DNA of 64,000 bases, from the NCBI RefSeq assembly GCF_009914755.1, contig NC_060934.1; one strand, given 5' to 3'. Position numbers and translations under genes: made by a program. The notes below the pieces were generated by a model, which made no database searches, was not told the DNA's origin, and saw only the letters and a list, made by a program, of their open reading frames with translations. This document shows positions 48,803-60,810 of the stretch, piece by piece. Position 1 is the first letter of the stretch; each line of letters starts with the position of its first letter. Source of the stretch: the human T2T-CHM13v2.0 reference genome, Homo sapiens.

Positions 48803-49066
48803 TTTATTTTTATTTTAAATTTATTTTTAGAGACAGGGTCTCACTCTGTCATCCAGGTTAGAGTGCAATGGCACACTCCTGGGCTCAGATGATTCTCCCA
48901 CCTTAGCCTCCTGAGTATCCAGGACTATAGGTGCATGCCACCACGCCTGGTGAGTTAAAAAAAAATTTATTTTTGTAAAGGCAGGGTCTTGCTACGTTGC
49001 TCAGGCTGGTCTCAAACTCCTGGCCTCCAGCAATCCTCCTGCCTCGGCCTTCTGAAGCACTGGGAT
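48803..49066 (-). mobile_element. AluJ, partially deleted
   Basis: Alu body with an internal gap. Confidence 0.85.
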
Positions 49067-49424
49067 GCCATGACTTGTTGTTTTCTTCAAGCTTCCTGTC
49101 CTGCTGTCTCCTCATTCAGGATTTCCTGAGACTTTCTGTCCTATGTTGACTCCCCTTCTTGTTTTCCCAGTTATGTTTTCATTTCTCAAAAAAAATAAAT
49201 CATTTCAGAGCGTTTAATGGGACTTTGGAAGTCAGGAAAAGTAAATAGAACACTCATTTCTCTGTCTTGAACTAGAAGCCAATAATTTCTCAAGGATTCA
49301 GCATCATAAAAAGTGGGCCATGAAATCTCTTCTCCCTCCCCTACCCTTCCGCCTCCCCTTCGGCGCCCTCTCTACTTCCATACTCTCAGCACCCAGGCAA
49401 ACTGCAAGTCAACAAAGTCTATTA

Positions 49425-49766
<342 letters not shown>

Positions 49767-50610
49767 TTATCTTCATGACGCTCATTCTCTCACTTTTTCA
49801 TGGATACAAAAAACATTTACTGAGTCCTCGGTGTTCAGCATTACTATAGGCATCAAAAATGAAAAACTCTGTAAGTCTCTAACTTCCTGGGAGCCCAAAG
49901 ACCAGTAGCAAAGAAACAGGCAAACAACAGGCAATGGGATAAGTGTACGATGAGTGTTATGTACCCCTTGCAAGGGGAGATGCGGGCTGGGGGTGGGCGC
50001 AACTCTGACTTAGGACGATGGCAGTGGGGTCTGCTGCGAGGGTGGAGAGGGGAAGCTTTGCCACGGGGAACAGGTACCAGCTCAGCCTCAAAATCTAAAC
50101 AAGACTGTGTCACACTGACAAGGGGGAAGGACGCTTTCTGATTGCATAACATGTACGAAGGCAGTTTCGTGATATAACAAGTCCAGGGAAGTTCTGGATT
50201 TCCAGAGCTCAAATGTCTAAAAAGGTAGCGGGAGCAGGAAGTCCTTGAGTGCCCATGGGAGCCACACTAAAGAGTTAGCACGTGGTCACTGAGGCAAAGT
50301 GTTGCCCACAGTGTGCAATGAAGACTATTTTAATGAATACATGGGCATTTAAAAAAAGTAATGTTGAGTTTATTATGCACGTTAGAAATATGAACCAACA
50401 CATTAAATCCATGATTCTGCCAATATTAACACTTAAGACAAGGCTAGTAGGTGATGCTGTTGGAATCCACCCCGGGCAGGCCAACCTACAGATAAGAGCT
50501 CAGACATGCTCATAAATGTTTCAAGCCTTCAGTGACCCCCACACTTAGAGAAATGAGAAAAAGAATGCACCAGTAATACTAAGGAACTTGAACTAAGAAA
50601 GGAAAAAGTA

Positions 50611-50772
50611 GGCCAGGAACAGTGCCTCACACGTGTAATCCCAGCACTTTGGGAGGCTGAGGTGGGAGGATCTCTTGAGCCCAGGAGTTTAAGGCTGCAG
50701 TGAACTATGATCATGCCACTGCACCCTAGCCTGGGTGAGAGAGCAAGACCCTGTCTCAAAAAAAAAAAAAAA
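50611..50772 (+). mobile_element. Alu monomer (FRAM/AluJ-like)
   Basis: Single ~150-bp arm with polyA; AAAGGAAAA(A)GTA on both flanks. Confidence 0.88.
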
Positions 50773-50826
50773 TTTAAAAAAGGAAAAGTAATAGTGGTAT
50801 GGGTAATCTCTCTTTCCACTCCTGAA

Positions 50827-51341
50827 GTTATTACTCACTGTCTTTGTGTTAAGGTTTGAGGGATGTGGAGCTGATCTTGACCACAAGAGGCAGTAACACA
50901 CAAGAAGCATTATTGAGTGGTGCTTAAGGTTGCAGGTGAAGGAAGTCCATCACAGAAGGGGGTCACAGCATGGGGACCACCACCCAGAAAGGGAGGAGCA
51001 CAAGGTAACTTCCAGGGGTGAGGAGGATCAGAGAGGGAGCTTTCGTGTCTGGGTGATGTTGCTCAGCAGCATGGCATGGAGTCTCTGGGTCAGGGAGCTC
51101 TGAAAAGCACTAACAGCTTGAGGTCTTACACCCGCAAAGCTCTGTCTTACCAATAGCAGCACACCAGAATGCAGTTTCAAAGGATACATAAAGCATGCAG
51201 GCTCTAAATGCTAACAGTTTGCTCGTTTGGGCTATATTTCAAATAGTTGGATGTGTAAAGATTTGAGTTTGGCACCAGTGGGCTTTGAGCTAACAAGTTT
51301 TAGCCTTCAGTGAAGAAATATACAACTGAGGGGCCAATACG
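50827..51341 (-). mobile_element. Old ERVL-class solo LTR (MER73/LTR53-like; subfamily uncertain)
   Basis: Minus strand starts GTATTGGCCCCTCAGTTGTATATTTCTTCAC...CCAAACTCAAAT and ends ...CCTTAACA. Confidence 0.5.
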
Positions 51342-51589
51342 CAGAGACCATCTTTGGCTCATTTATATAACAGCATTTGTTCTGTTGAGTTTCAGAATCC
51401 TGTAGTTTCTGAATATGATTTAGAGCAATGGGTTTAAGTGAAAAAAAATCACATTCCAACAAAACAATTTGGTGCTCCTTTGAAGCTGTATTTCTTTTCA
51501 TTTAGTACAATTCAAAATAAACCCAAACATTTAAATTTTATTTGGCTTCAAAACAATTTTCATTTAGTTTAAACTAAAAAGCCAGTCTG

Positions 51590-51750
51590 GGAGTTAAGAG
51601 CACACAGATTAGGGTTAGAAAGATCTGAATCCAACATCTAGTGTTACAACCTACGTAACCTCTATACACATCAGTGTTCTTTTATGTAAAATAAGGATAA
51701 TCCCTCATCACTATCACAGGATTAAATGAGATGATGCAGGTGAAATAGGA
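51590..51750 (+). mobile_element. MIR
   Basis: TGTAAAATAAGGATAAT...AGGATTAAATGAGATGATGCAGGTGAAA core. Confidence 0.7.
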
Positions 51751-52177
51751 CGTGAGACTCTTCTGACCTCAGTGTCCACTGTAAAGTGGAAATCGGAATA
51801 CCCACATGAATGGGAGACAAACCAAGCCTCCACCCCCACCACCCAGTGCAGAATTCTCCGTTTGAACACAGGAGTCATTTATCAGTGACTCTTAACTCTC
51901 CTCTCCCATTTAGAGAACAAGGATTAAAATGTGGAAGATAATTTTGCAGGAAGTTTGTGGAAGAAACTTCTTTGGCGAGGGTGGCTACAGAGCTGAGTGT
52001 CCACTCCAGCTCTTTGTGGGGAGGGGCGAAAGTGTTAATTTCTAGCCCCAACTTTATGGGTGGTGGGGATGGGGGACTCGTTTCCATGGAATTGTGTGGA
52101 CAACTTTGCAGAAGACCGCACATCTCTGCAGTGTTTTATTACACGATGCCGTTACATTAGTTTTATACCCAGCTGGT

Positions 52178-52588
52178 TGATATGGTATAGATGTTTGTCC
52201 GTATCCAAGTCTGATGTTGAAATGTGATCCCCAAGGTTGAAAGTGGGGCATAGTAGCAGGTGTTTGGGTCATGGGGACAGATCCCTCATGAATGGCTTGG
52301 TGCTGTGTTCGAGGTAATGAGTAAGTTCTAACTCTATTAGTTCATGTAAGAGCTGGTTGCTAAAAGAGCCTGGCATCTCTCTTGCTCCCTCTCCCACCAC
52401 GTGACATACCTGCTTCCCCTGTGCCTTCTGCCATGAGTAAAAGCTTCCTAAGGCCTCACCAGAAGCCAAGCAGATGTTGGTGCCATGCTTGTACAGTCTG
52501 CAGAACTGTGAGCCAAATAAACCTCTTTTCTTTACAAATTACCCAGTCTCAGATGTTCCTTTATAGCAATGCAAAATGACCTAATATA
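52178..52588 (+). mobile_element. MaLR solo LTR (MSTB-like)
   Basis: TGATATGGT...AATAAACCTCTTTTCTTTA...CTAATATA; TSD CTGGT at 52173-52177 and 52589-52593. Confidence 0.9.
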
Positions 52589-53431
52589 CTGGTTATTTAT
52601 TTCAAATGACGTGTTTTAAGTTTTAATTACAAACATAAATCGACATACATACAGTACCAAAAAACCTTTTGTTGTTTCCAGTAATGAAGTGACAACAACT
52701 ATACCTCTATAGGTGATTCTGGATTGCCTATATTAACAGATGGAAGGAAAAACTTGGCCTAAAGAAATGGAAACAAGCCACAGCTTAAAATTTACCCTCA
52801 ACCGTTAACTTTATTCATCTTTCAACAAAACAAACTAGTAGCAAGTTCCTCAGGTAGACTGCAAGATCCTTGAGCTTAAAGGTCTTTTGCAGGGACTCAA
52901 CTGCAGGTACTGAACTGCAAGACTTCATACCCTTTGTTATTGTTTTATGCCTCATGTCTTAAATGGTGCCTGGAACATAGTAGATGCTCAATAAGTATTT
53001 TCCAAAGATTGAATAATATTTACAAGTTTCCTCAAAAACTGCATAACAGTCTCTCCAGAGTTTCTTTGGCTCCTTTTAGGCTGCATCATTCACCAGGGTG
53101 CAAATCAGAGACACATGCTGTAGGAACCTAGTGCTGCAATGCTACTTAATACATTGCTCATGTCCCTAATGTAGGGTGTGGGGACATACTTTGTCCTTGA
53201 TAGTTTCTCCTTCCACCAAGATCCCAAGATCAAGGAGTTGCTCTATTCACAGCTACCCTGATTCCATTTTAATGTTAACCTTGTACTCTGGCTCCTTCTC
53301 ATTAGCTGTTTTCTGGGTGTGTTTTCTCTCTCTCTCTCTCGGGTTTATTGTATATATTTATTTATTGTATATATTTTTTCTCTCTTGGGTTTATTGTTTA
53401 TATTTTTGCCTTTCCTTTATGACATTGTAAT

Positions 53432-53839
53432 TGCGTTAGTCTGTTTTGTATTGCTATAAAGGAATACCGGTGGCTAGGTAATTTATAAAGAGAAGAGGTG
53501 TAATTGGCTCATGGTTCTGCAGGCTATACAAGCAGCATGGTACCAGCATCTGCCCGGGTTCTGATGAGACCTCAGGAAGCTTTTACTCACCACGGAAGGT
53601 GAAGGTGAGCAGGTGTGTCACATGGTGAGAGAGTGAGCAAGAGAGATGCCAGGCTTTTTTAAATAGTCCGCTTTCTCATGAACTGAGTGAGCACTCATTC
53701 ATCACCAAGAAAATGGCACAAGCCATTCATAAGGGATCTGCTTTCATGATCTAAACACCTCCTACTAGGCTCCACTTCCAACATTAGGAATCACATATCC
53801 ACATGAAATTTGGAGGGGACACATATCCAAACCATATCA
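53432..53839 (-). mobile_element. MaLR solo LTR (MSTB-like)
   Basis: TTAGTCTGTTTTGTATTGCTATAAAGGAATAC...CCAAACCATATCA. Confidence 0.9.
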
Positions 53840-54644
53840 CTAATGTTTTCTGGTTACAAATTAATGAAAAGCCAACCAAATAATAGAACATTGTTTCTTC
53901 ATGGTCTATACTCCATCAGTATAGGAAATTGTGTTCTCTGAGGTTGAACCTTGTCAAGTTCAGTAGCCTATGTACAATTTTTCAATTAATTCGTTTTTAA
54001 ATTGACAAATAAAAAATTATATTTATGGTGTCCAACATATTTTGATATATGCATGCATTGTGAAATGTCTATATCAAATTAATTAACATACCCATTACCT
54101 TACTTAGTTTTTGTAGTGAGAACATTTAAAAATCTACTCTCTTAGCAATTTTCAGACATACAGTACATTGTTATTAACTATAGTCAACATGTTATACAAT
54201 AGATCTCCTGAATGTATTCCTCCTGTCTAACTGAAATTTTGTACCCTTTGACCAAGATTTGCCCTTTCCCCATCCTCCCACTCTCCCTACCATTCTACTT
54301 TGTTTCCATGAGATAGACATTTTTAGATTCCACATACAAGTGAGATCATGCAATATTTGTCTTTCTGTACTTGGCTTACTTCACTTAGCTTAACGTCCTC
54401 CAGGTTGATCCACATTGTTGCAAGCAACAGGGTTTCTTTCTTTTTAAAGGCCAGATAGTATTCCATTGTCTTTATATACCATATTTTCTTTATCCTTTCA
54501 TCTGTCAATGGACACTTAGATTGATTTAATGTCTTTGTGAGTAATGCTGCAATGAACATGGAAACACAGATCTCTATGATGCACTGATTTCATTTCCTTT
54601 GGATATATACACAGTTGTAAGATTGATGGGTCATGATAGTTCTA

Positions 54645-54977
54645 TTTAATTTTTTTTTTTATTTGAGACGGAGTCTGGCTCTGTCGCCCTGGCTGGAGTG
54701 CAGTGGTGTGATCTCGGCTCACTGCAAGCTTCGCCTCCTGGGTTCATGCCATTCTCCTGCCTCAGCCTCCTGAGTAGCTGGGACTACCAGTAGCTGGGAC
54801 TACCAGTAGCTGGGACTACAGGCGCCTGCAAACATGCCCGGCTAATTTTTTGTATTTTTAGTAGAGACGGGGTTTCACCGTGTTAGCCAGGATGGTCTCG
54901 ATCTCCTGACCTCTTGATCCACCCGCCTCAGCCTCCCAAACTGCTGGGATTACAGGCGTGAGCCACCGCGCCCAGCC
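54645..54977 (-). mobile_element. AluY with internal 16-bp triplication
   Basis: AluY diagnostics; AGTAGCTGGGACTAC(C/A) three times at 54773-54820. Confidence 0.95.
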
Positions 54978-55150
54978 CTATTCAAAATTTTTTTAGGAAC
55001 CTCCATAATGTTTCCCATAATGGCTATACTGATTTACATTCCCACCAACAGAGTAGGAGTTTCTCTCTTCTCTATGTCATCACCAACAATTGTCTCTTGT
55101 CTTTTTCATAATAGCCATCTTAGCAGGTGTGAGGTGATATCTCATTGTGG

Positions 55151-55452
55151 TTTTTGTTTGTTTGTTTTTTTGAGATGGATTCTCACTCTGTCACCCAGGC
55201 TGGCGTGCGGTGGTGCGATCTCAGCTCACTGAGACTTCTGCCTCCTGGGTTCAAGTGATTCTCCTGCCTCAGCCTCCTGAGTAGCTGGGATTACAGATGC
55301 ACGCCACCACACCCAGCTAATTTTTGTATTGTAGCAGAGATGGTGTTTTACCATGTTGGCCAGGCTGGTCTCGAACTCCTGAACTCAAGTGATCCACCAG
55401 CCTCGGCCTCCCAAAGTGTTGGGATTACAGGCGTGAGCCACCATGCCCGGCC
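55151..55452 (-). mobile_element. AluS
   Basis: TSD CTCATTGTGGTTTT at 55141 and 55452. Confidence 0.95.
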
Positions 55453-56827
55453 TCATTGTGGTTTTAATTTGCATTTCCCTGATGATTAATGATATTGAGC
55501 ATTGTTTTATATGCCTGTTGGTCACTTGTAGTCTTATTTAGAAAAATGTCTATTCAGGTTCTTGGCCCATGTTAAAATCAGGTTAATTGGGCTTTTTTTT
55601 TTTTTTTTTTTGCTATTGAGTTGAGTTCCTTATATAGTCTGAATATTAACCTTTATCAGATGTATGGTTCACAAATATTTTCTCTCATCCCATAGGCTGT
55701 CTCTTCACTCTTGATTTTTTTTCCCTTGGTATGCAGGAGCTTTTTATTTTCATGCAATCCTATTTATCTATTTTTGCTTGTACTGTTGGGGTCATATCCA
55801 AAAAATCTTTGCCTATACCAGTGTCAAGAAGGTTTTCCCCTAGAGTTTCTTCTAATAGTTTTACAGTGTCAGGTCTTATGTCTAAGTTGTTAATCCATTT
55901 TGAGTCTATTTTTATATGTGGGGTGAGAGAGGAGTCTAATTTCATTCTTCTCCATGTGGATATGCAATTTTCCCAACATCATTTATTGAAGAGACTGTCC
56001 TTTCCTCTGTGTGTTCTTGGCACCTTTGTTGAAGATCAGTTGACTGTAAATGTGTGGATTTTATTTCTTGAGTTTTAATGTTGTCCATCACTGTATTCTT
56101 ATTCATTTACTTTCAGGGCCCTTCTATCTACTAAATGGTTTTTCCACTCTCAAGCATTTTTAGTCAACTTTCTTGGGACAATGAGTATCTCCAATTGAGC
56201 TTTGGCATGCACAGAATCACCCTGCTTTTGGTAGTTGCTTTATAATATTTCCTTATCACCCTTTTTCTCAACCCAGACTCTACCACTAAATTGATTGGAT
56301 ATGCAGACTACTACATATGCAGACTACTACACCACTTTTTTCTTTATTGAATCAATCATATATTAGAAACCTACATTCAAAATGATTTTTCCAGCCCTTC
56401 TTAGGTAATTAAATCTACATATATGGTGGGGCCAGGGGTTTTTACCACTCAAATCATAGGGATTAGTTACCCCATTACTACTACCAGATTACTATAAAAT
56501 GCCATAATATTTTATGTGCAAGAAAAATGCCAAAGGAAGCCTTCAAGCTTTAAACATCATTAGGAAAGTAATTTTATTTAAAAATATTACAAGCTTAGAA
56601 CCCACAGAAATAATTCTATGAGGAGTAAATTTTTTAAATAGCTATGTAGAATATAACTAAATTCATAATAACAGCTAGCTGTAGTATAGGCATGTCAGAT
56701 TTGTATATACCCAATTTAAGATATTTATATAATAGGACACCCTAAAATAGCTGCTTGGAAGTAACACGGTAATGTGACAGCCCCTTCCTTTTCAGGATTT
56801 TTGCTTGGAATTTCCTTTCCTTTATTT

Positions 56828-57230
56828 TCATGATGGACATGGAGCTGCACTGCCCAGATCTCCCTTGAGGGAAGAACAGCCTGCCCAGCTGCAGAAAGTG
56901 GGATCATCAGACAATCTGCGGCTGGCAGCCCCTTGATGGTCTGCTTTGGTCTGGATTTCCTGCACTTGGTGACCAAGTGAGTCAGAGTACGAAGGCCTGA
57001 TCATTCAGACTCAGCACAGAACAACTCCATAGGGCAATTCTTGCTCCAGAGCTCTTGTCCGGTAGCCCAAGGCTTTTTCAGGAATACCTTTGTTTGTCTA
57101 ACTTCTCCTTCTGCCCAATCCTTCTTCCTTTCCTTTCCCTTCACGGAAAATAAATATCTTGTACCTCACATTCAGTGTCTAGTGTCTGCTCCTGGAATAC
57201 TTCATCTCTATCATCTCACCCCAACCTGAG
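56828..57230 (+). mobile_element. ERVL-class LTR (LTR16A-like)
   Basis: CTGCCCAGATCTCCCTT...CCAGCTGC...CTTCTGCCCAATCC...AATAAA. Confidence 0.65.
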
Positions 57231-59249
57231 TTAGCCTCTCCTCCGCTACCACATCCCATAGTCCTCCAGTGCTAGTTGTAAAAGCAGAAGGGATAGTGAA
57301 CGAGGGACAGGGAACAGGTGCAATGTGAGTTCAGCCCTCATCTCCCCACCTTGCCTCCTGAATAAGCACAGTAGGCCTAGGATGTGGCATCTGCTGAGCT
57401 GGTGGCTTATTCTGGTTTGGGGATAGAAAAGGTCATCTGGAAGCTCCATTGGGGGTACTGTGAGATGCTGGTCATTTTACTTTTTCTTGCTGTTCACTTA
57501 AGGCAAAGCTTTGCTCCAAGTGTTCAAAAATAAAGCTTTCACATCATGCAATATACTCAGGTAGCAATCTGCAAATGCACTGCCCCCTGAATCTAAAGTA
57601 AAATTTGAAAAAGAAAAAAAAGAGAAGCTTTCGTGAGGTTGGCATTTTCTTCTCTGGCCCATAGATCCCTACCAGGAGAGCATCCTGTGCATCCCTGACG
57701 TGGTTGCCAAGCCCTCAGGTCAAGCCTCCAAGCCCTATCCCCAACCCCTCCTCTCTCACCCAACCCCAGCCCCCATCCTAATATCCTTGAAAATGGAGAA
57801 CTGAGCAGCACTGCAGGGCCAGGCTACCAGGAAAGGGCTCAGACCCCTGGCTGTGTGTTTGCCCTGGATCTCCCCCACTTCTCTTTCCCCTATCCCCCTG
57901 GGTGGCTTAGACTTCAATCTGTTTTCTGAAGCTTTTCTCAGAACAGAAACGCCTTATTAATGCATCTGGGAGACAGCCAAGGAAATGTTTAAAGTTCTGT
58001 CTTATGATACAGAGTTGGGAGCCGTGGCAAGAGAAGACCCAGACCCTGGAAGATGATGTTGCCCACGACTCTCTTGACTCTCAGGGTGTCAGATTAACTT
58101 CCATTATCTTTCTGGTGCTCTGATTCATAGTTGCCCATTCATTAGCACACTGACAACCATAAATATTTATTTTAAAATACAGAACTTGGCCATGAAATAA
58201 TTGGGGAAATGGCATTATTTCCTGTTCAACCAGATTATTTGCCCATGGATATTTATCTTATTGGAGAAGCGAAGAGACTTACCTGTCTTGCAATAACAAA
58301 AAGGGAGATTCACTCAATTATACCCTTGGGGGTGGTGGGGGGGGGGTGCAGGGAATAAGGCAGAAGGCAGCACTACGGCTAGAACCTGCTAGCTGGATAT
58401 TTGCAAGCTACAGGGACCTGACTTGACCCTGGAAGACGAGCTGGGGAGGGGAGCACAGGCTGTGGGTGAAATGCAAAAATCTGTTTTTCCATGCTGGCTA
58501 ACTAAGATCATTTTGTATGAAGCTATAGCTCCCGGCTAAACTCCAGGAGGCCTGCTCTTACTTCTTGCATCTGTGCCCACATCTTAGAGGTTTTCTGCAT
58601 GGTCCGTCTGAGTGTGTGATCCTAAAGAATGTTTTCAGAAGCTGTTGGGCATGTGCAGCAGTGAAAGAGGCTACTGTGTATGCACAGAAATGAGACACAA
58701 ACGGCAATATTTCAGAGATTGTAGACAACATGATTCTTCTGAAGACCCTATGCTTAAAGCTTCTTCTGTGGAATCTGGGGACTTGCTGTGGGGATGCAGT
58801 TTAGGTGTCACCTGTTGGGGAATTGAGAGTTGGTGAGATCACTCCTCAGAGCCTCTGTGTGCCCTAGGACTTTTCTGGTTTATGCTTATTTTAATAGTGG
58901 GTTTGGGAATTAAATCATCAGAGCTGGTCTGAACACAGCCCTGCTCAAAGCCAAACATTTCACAGGCGTTTGGAAGAGGTGCTGTTATAGTTGATGAGGA
59001 TAATTGTTACCACTTGTCCCTCAAGGTTTTCCAGACCATGGTGATCTTTTCTGTGCTTAGCTTACGGAAGTCAGGGTTTTCAACCAGGCACCAGTGAGCA
59101 TCTGAGCAGATTCAAAGATGCTTCCCAAGATGAGGGCTGGAGAGAACACACCACCAAGTTTGTTTACCTTAAATGGCAACAATCAACCTTTCTTTCCCTG
59201 GTTCCTGAATAACCCATGACTATCTTTCCAGGTAACCAGAGGAACTCCC

Positions 59250-59350
59250 TGTACCCAGTTTCCTCATCTATAAACACAGAGATGATAATAATAATACTGA
59301 CCTCACAGGGGAGTTGCTATGAGTGATAGATGAGGTAACACATGAAGTTA
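59250..59350 (+). mobile_element. MIR fragment
   Basis: CAGTTTCCTCATCTATAAA...ATAATAATA...CCTCACAGGG. Confidence 0.7.
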
Positions 59351-59356
59351 CTTAGA

Positions 59357-59677
59357 GGCCAGGCGCAGTGTCTCATGCCTGTAATCCTAACACTTTGGGA
59401 GGTTGAGGCAGGCAGATTGTTTGAGCCCAGGAGTTCAAGACCAGCCTGGGAAACACCGCAAAACTCTGTCTCTACAAAAAATACAAAAATTAGCCTGGCA
59501 TGGTGGTGTGCACCTGTAGTCCCAGCTACTTGAGAGGCCGAGGTGGGAGGATCACCTGAGCCCAGGAGGTCGAGGTCAGGGCTGTGATGAGCCATGATCA
59601 CACCATTACACTGCAGCTTGGATGACAGAAAGAGAACCTGTGAAAGAATGAAAGAACCAAAGAACCAAAGAAAGAAA
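59357..59677 (+). mobile_element. AluJ
   Basis: Dimeric Alu with degenerate A-rich tail. Confidence 0.9.
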
Positions 59678-59960
59678 TTTCATCTGGTACACATGGCTGC
59701 TGACAGGATTTACCACTGCCTCTTATTCAGCATTTGTGAATGATGGTGGTCTCCACTGGGTTTGGTGGTGCTTTCTAAACACAGCCAAAAGCTTGGCTAA
59801 CGCTGTCAATATTCAAGAGGGGAATGTTAACTAATCATGCCTTGATTCTCCAGCTCTACCCTTTTATTACCAGATAACCAGAAAATCACATACTTGGATA
59901 GATTATTTTGACTTCTACATTTAGTTATTTCTACCCTACCATATTCTACCAACTATTTGA

Positions 59961-60291
<331 letters not shown>

Positions 60292-60344
60292 GAAATATAT
60301 GTTTTAAAGATTCATATCCAGGGAAAACTCAGAGGAAGAGATTT

Positions 60345-60750
60345 TAAAAATTATTTTATCTTATTTTCATAGGTTTTTGGGGAACAGGTAGTATTTGGTT
60401 GCATGAGTAAGTTCTTTAGTGGTGATCTGTGAGATTTTGGTGCACCCATCACCCAAGCAGTATACACTGAACCCAGTTTGTAGTCTTTTATCCTTCACCC
60501 CCTTCCACCCTTTCCCCCAAGTCCCCAGTGTCCATTGTATCATTCTGATGCTTTTGCATTCTCATAGCTTAGCTCCCACTTAAGAGTGAGAACATACGAT
60601 GTTTGGTTTTCCATTCCTGAGTTACTTCACTTAGAATAATAGTCTCCAATTCCATCCAGGTTGCTACAAATGCCATTAATTCATTTCCTTTTTATGGCTG
60701 AGTAGTACTCCATTGTGTGTGTGTGTATATATATGTATATATATAGTGTG

Positions 60751-60810
<60 letters not shown>

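Larger units (their letters stand above)
53985..56080 (-). mobile_element. Old L1MA 3' portion interrupted by two Alus
   Basis: Antisense ORF2 C-terminal peptides (ORFs 54323-54559 and 55760-55945). Confidence 0.82.

Noticed and set aside
57578-57592. CTCF-like CAGGGGGCAG on the minus strand (weaker matches at ~460, ~33005 and ~49365)
   Set aside because: Only half of the motif matches
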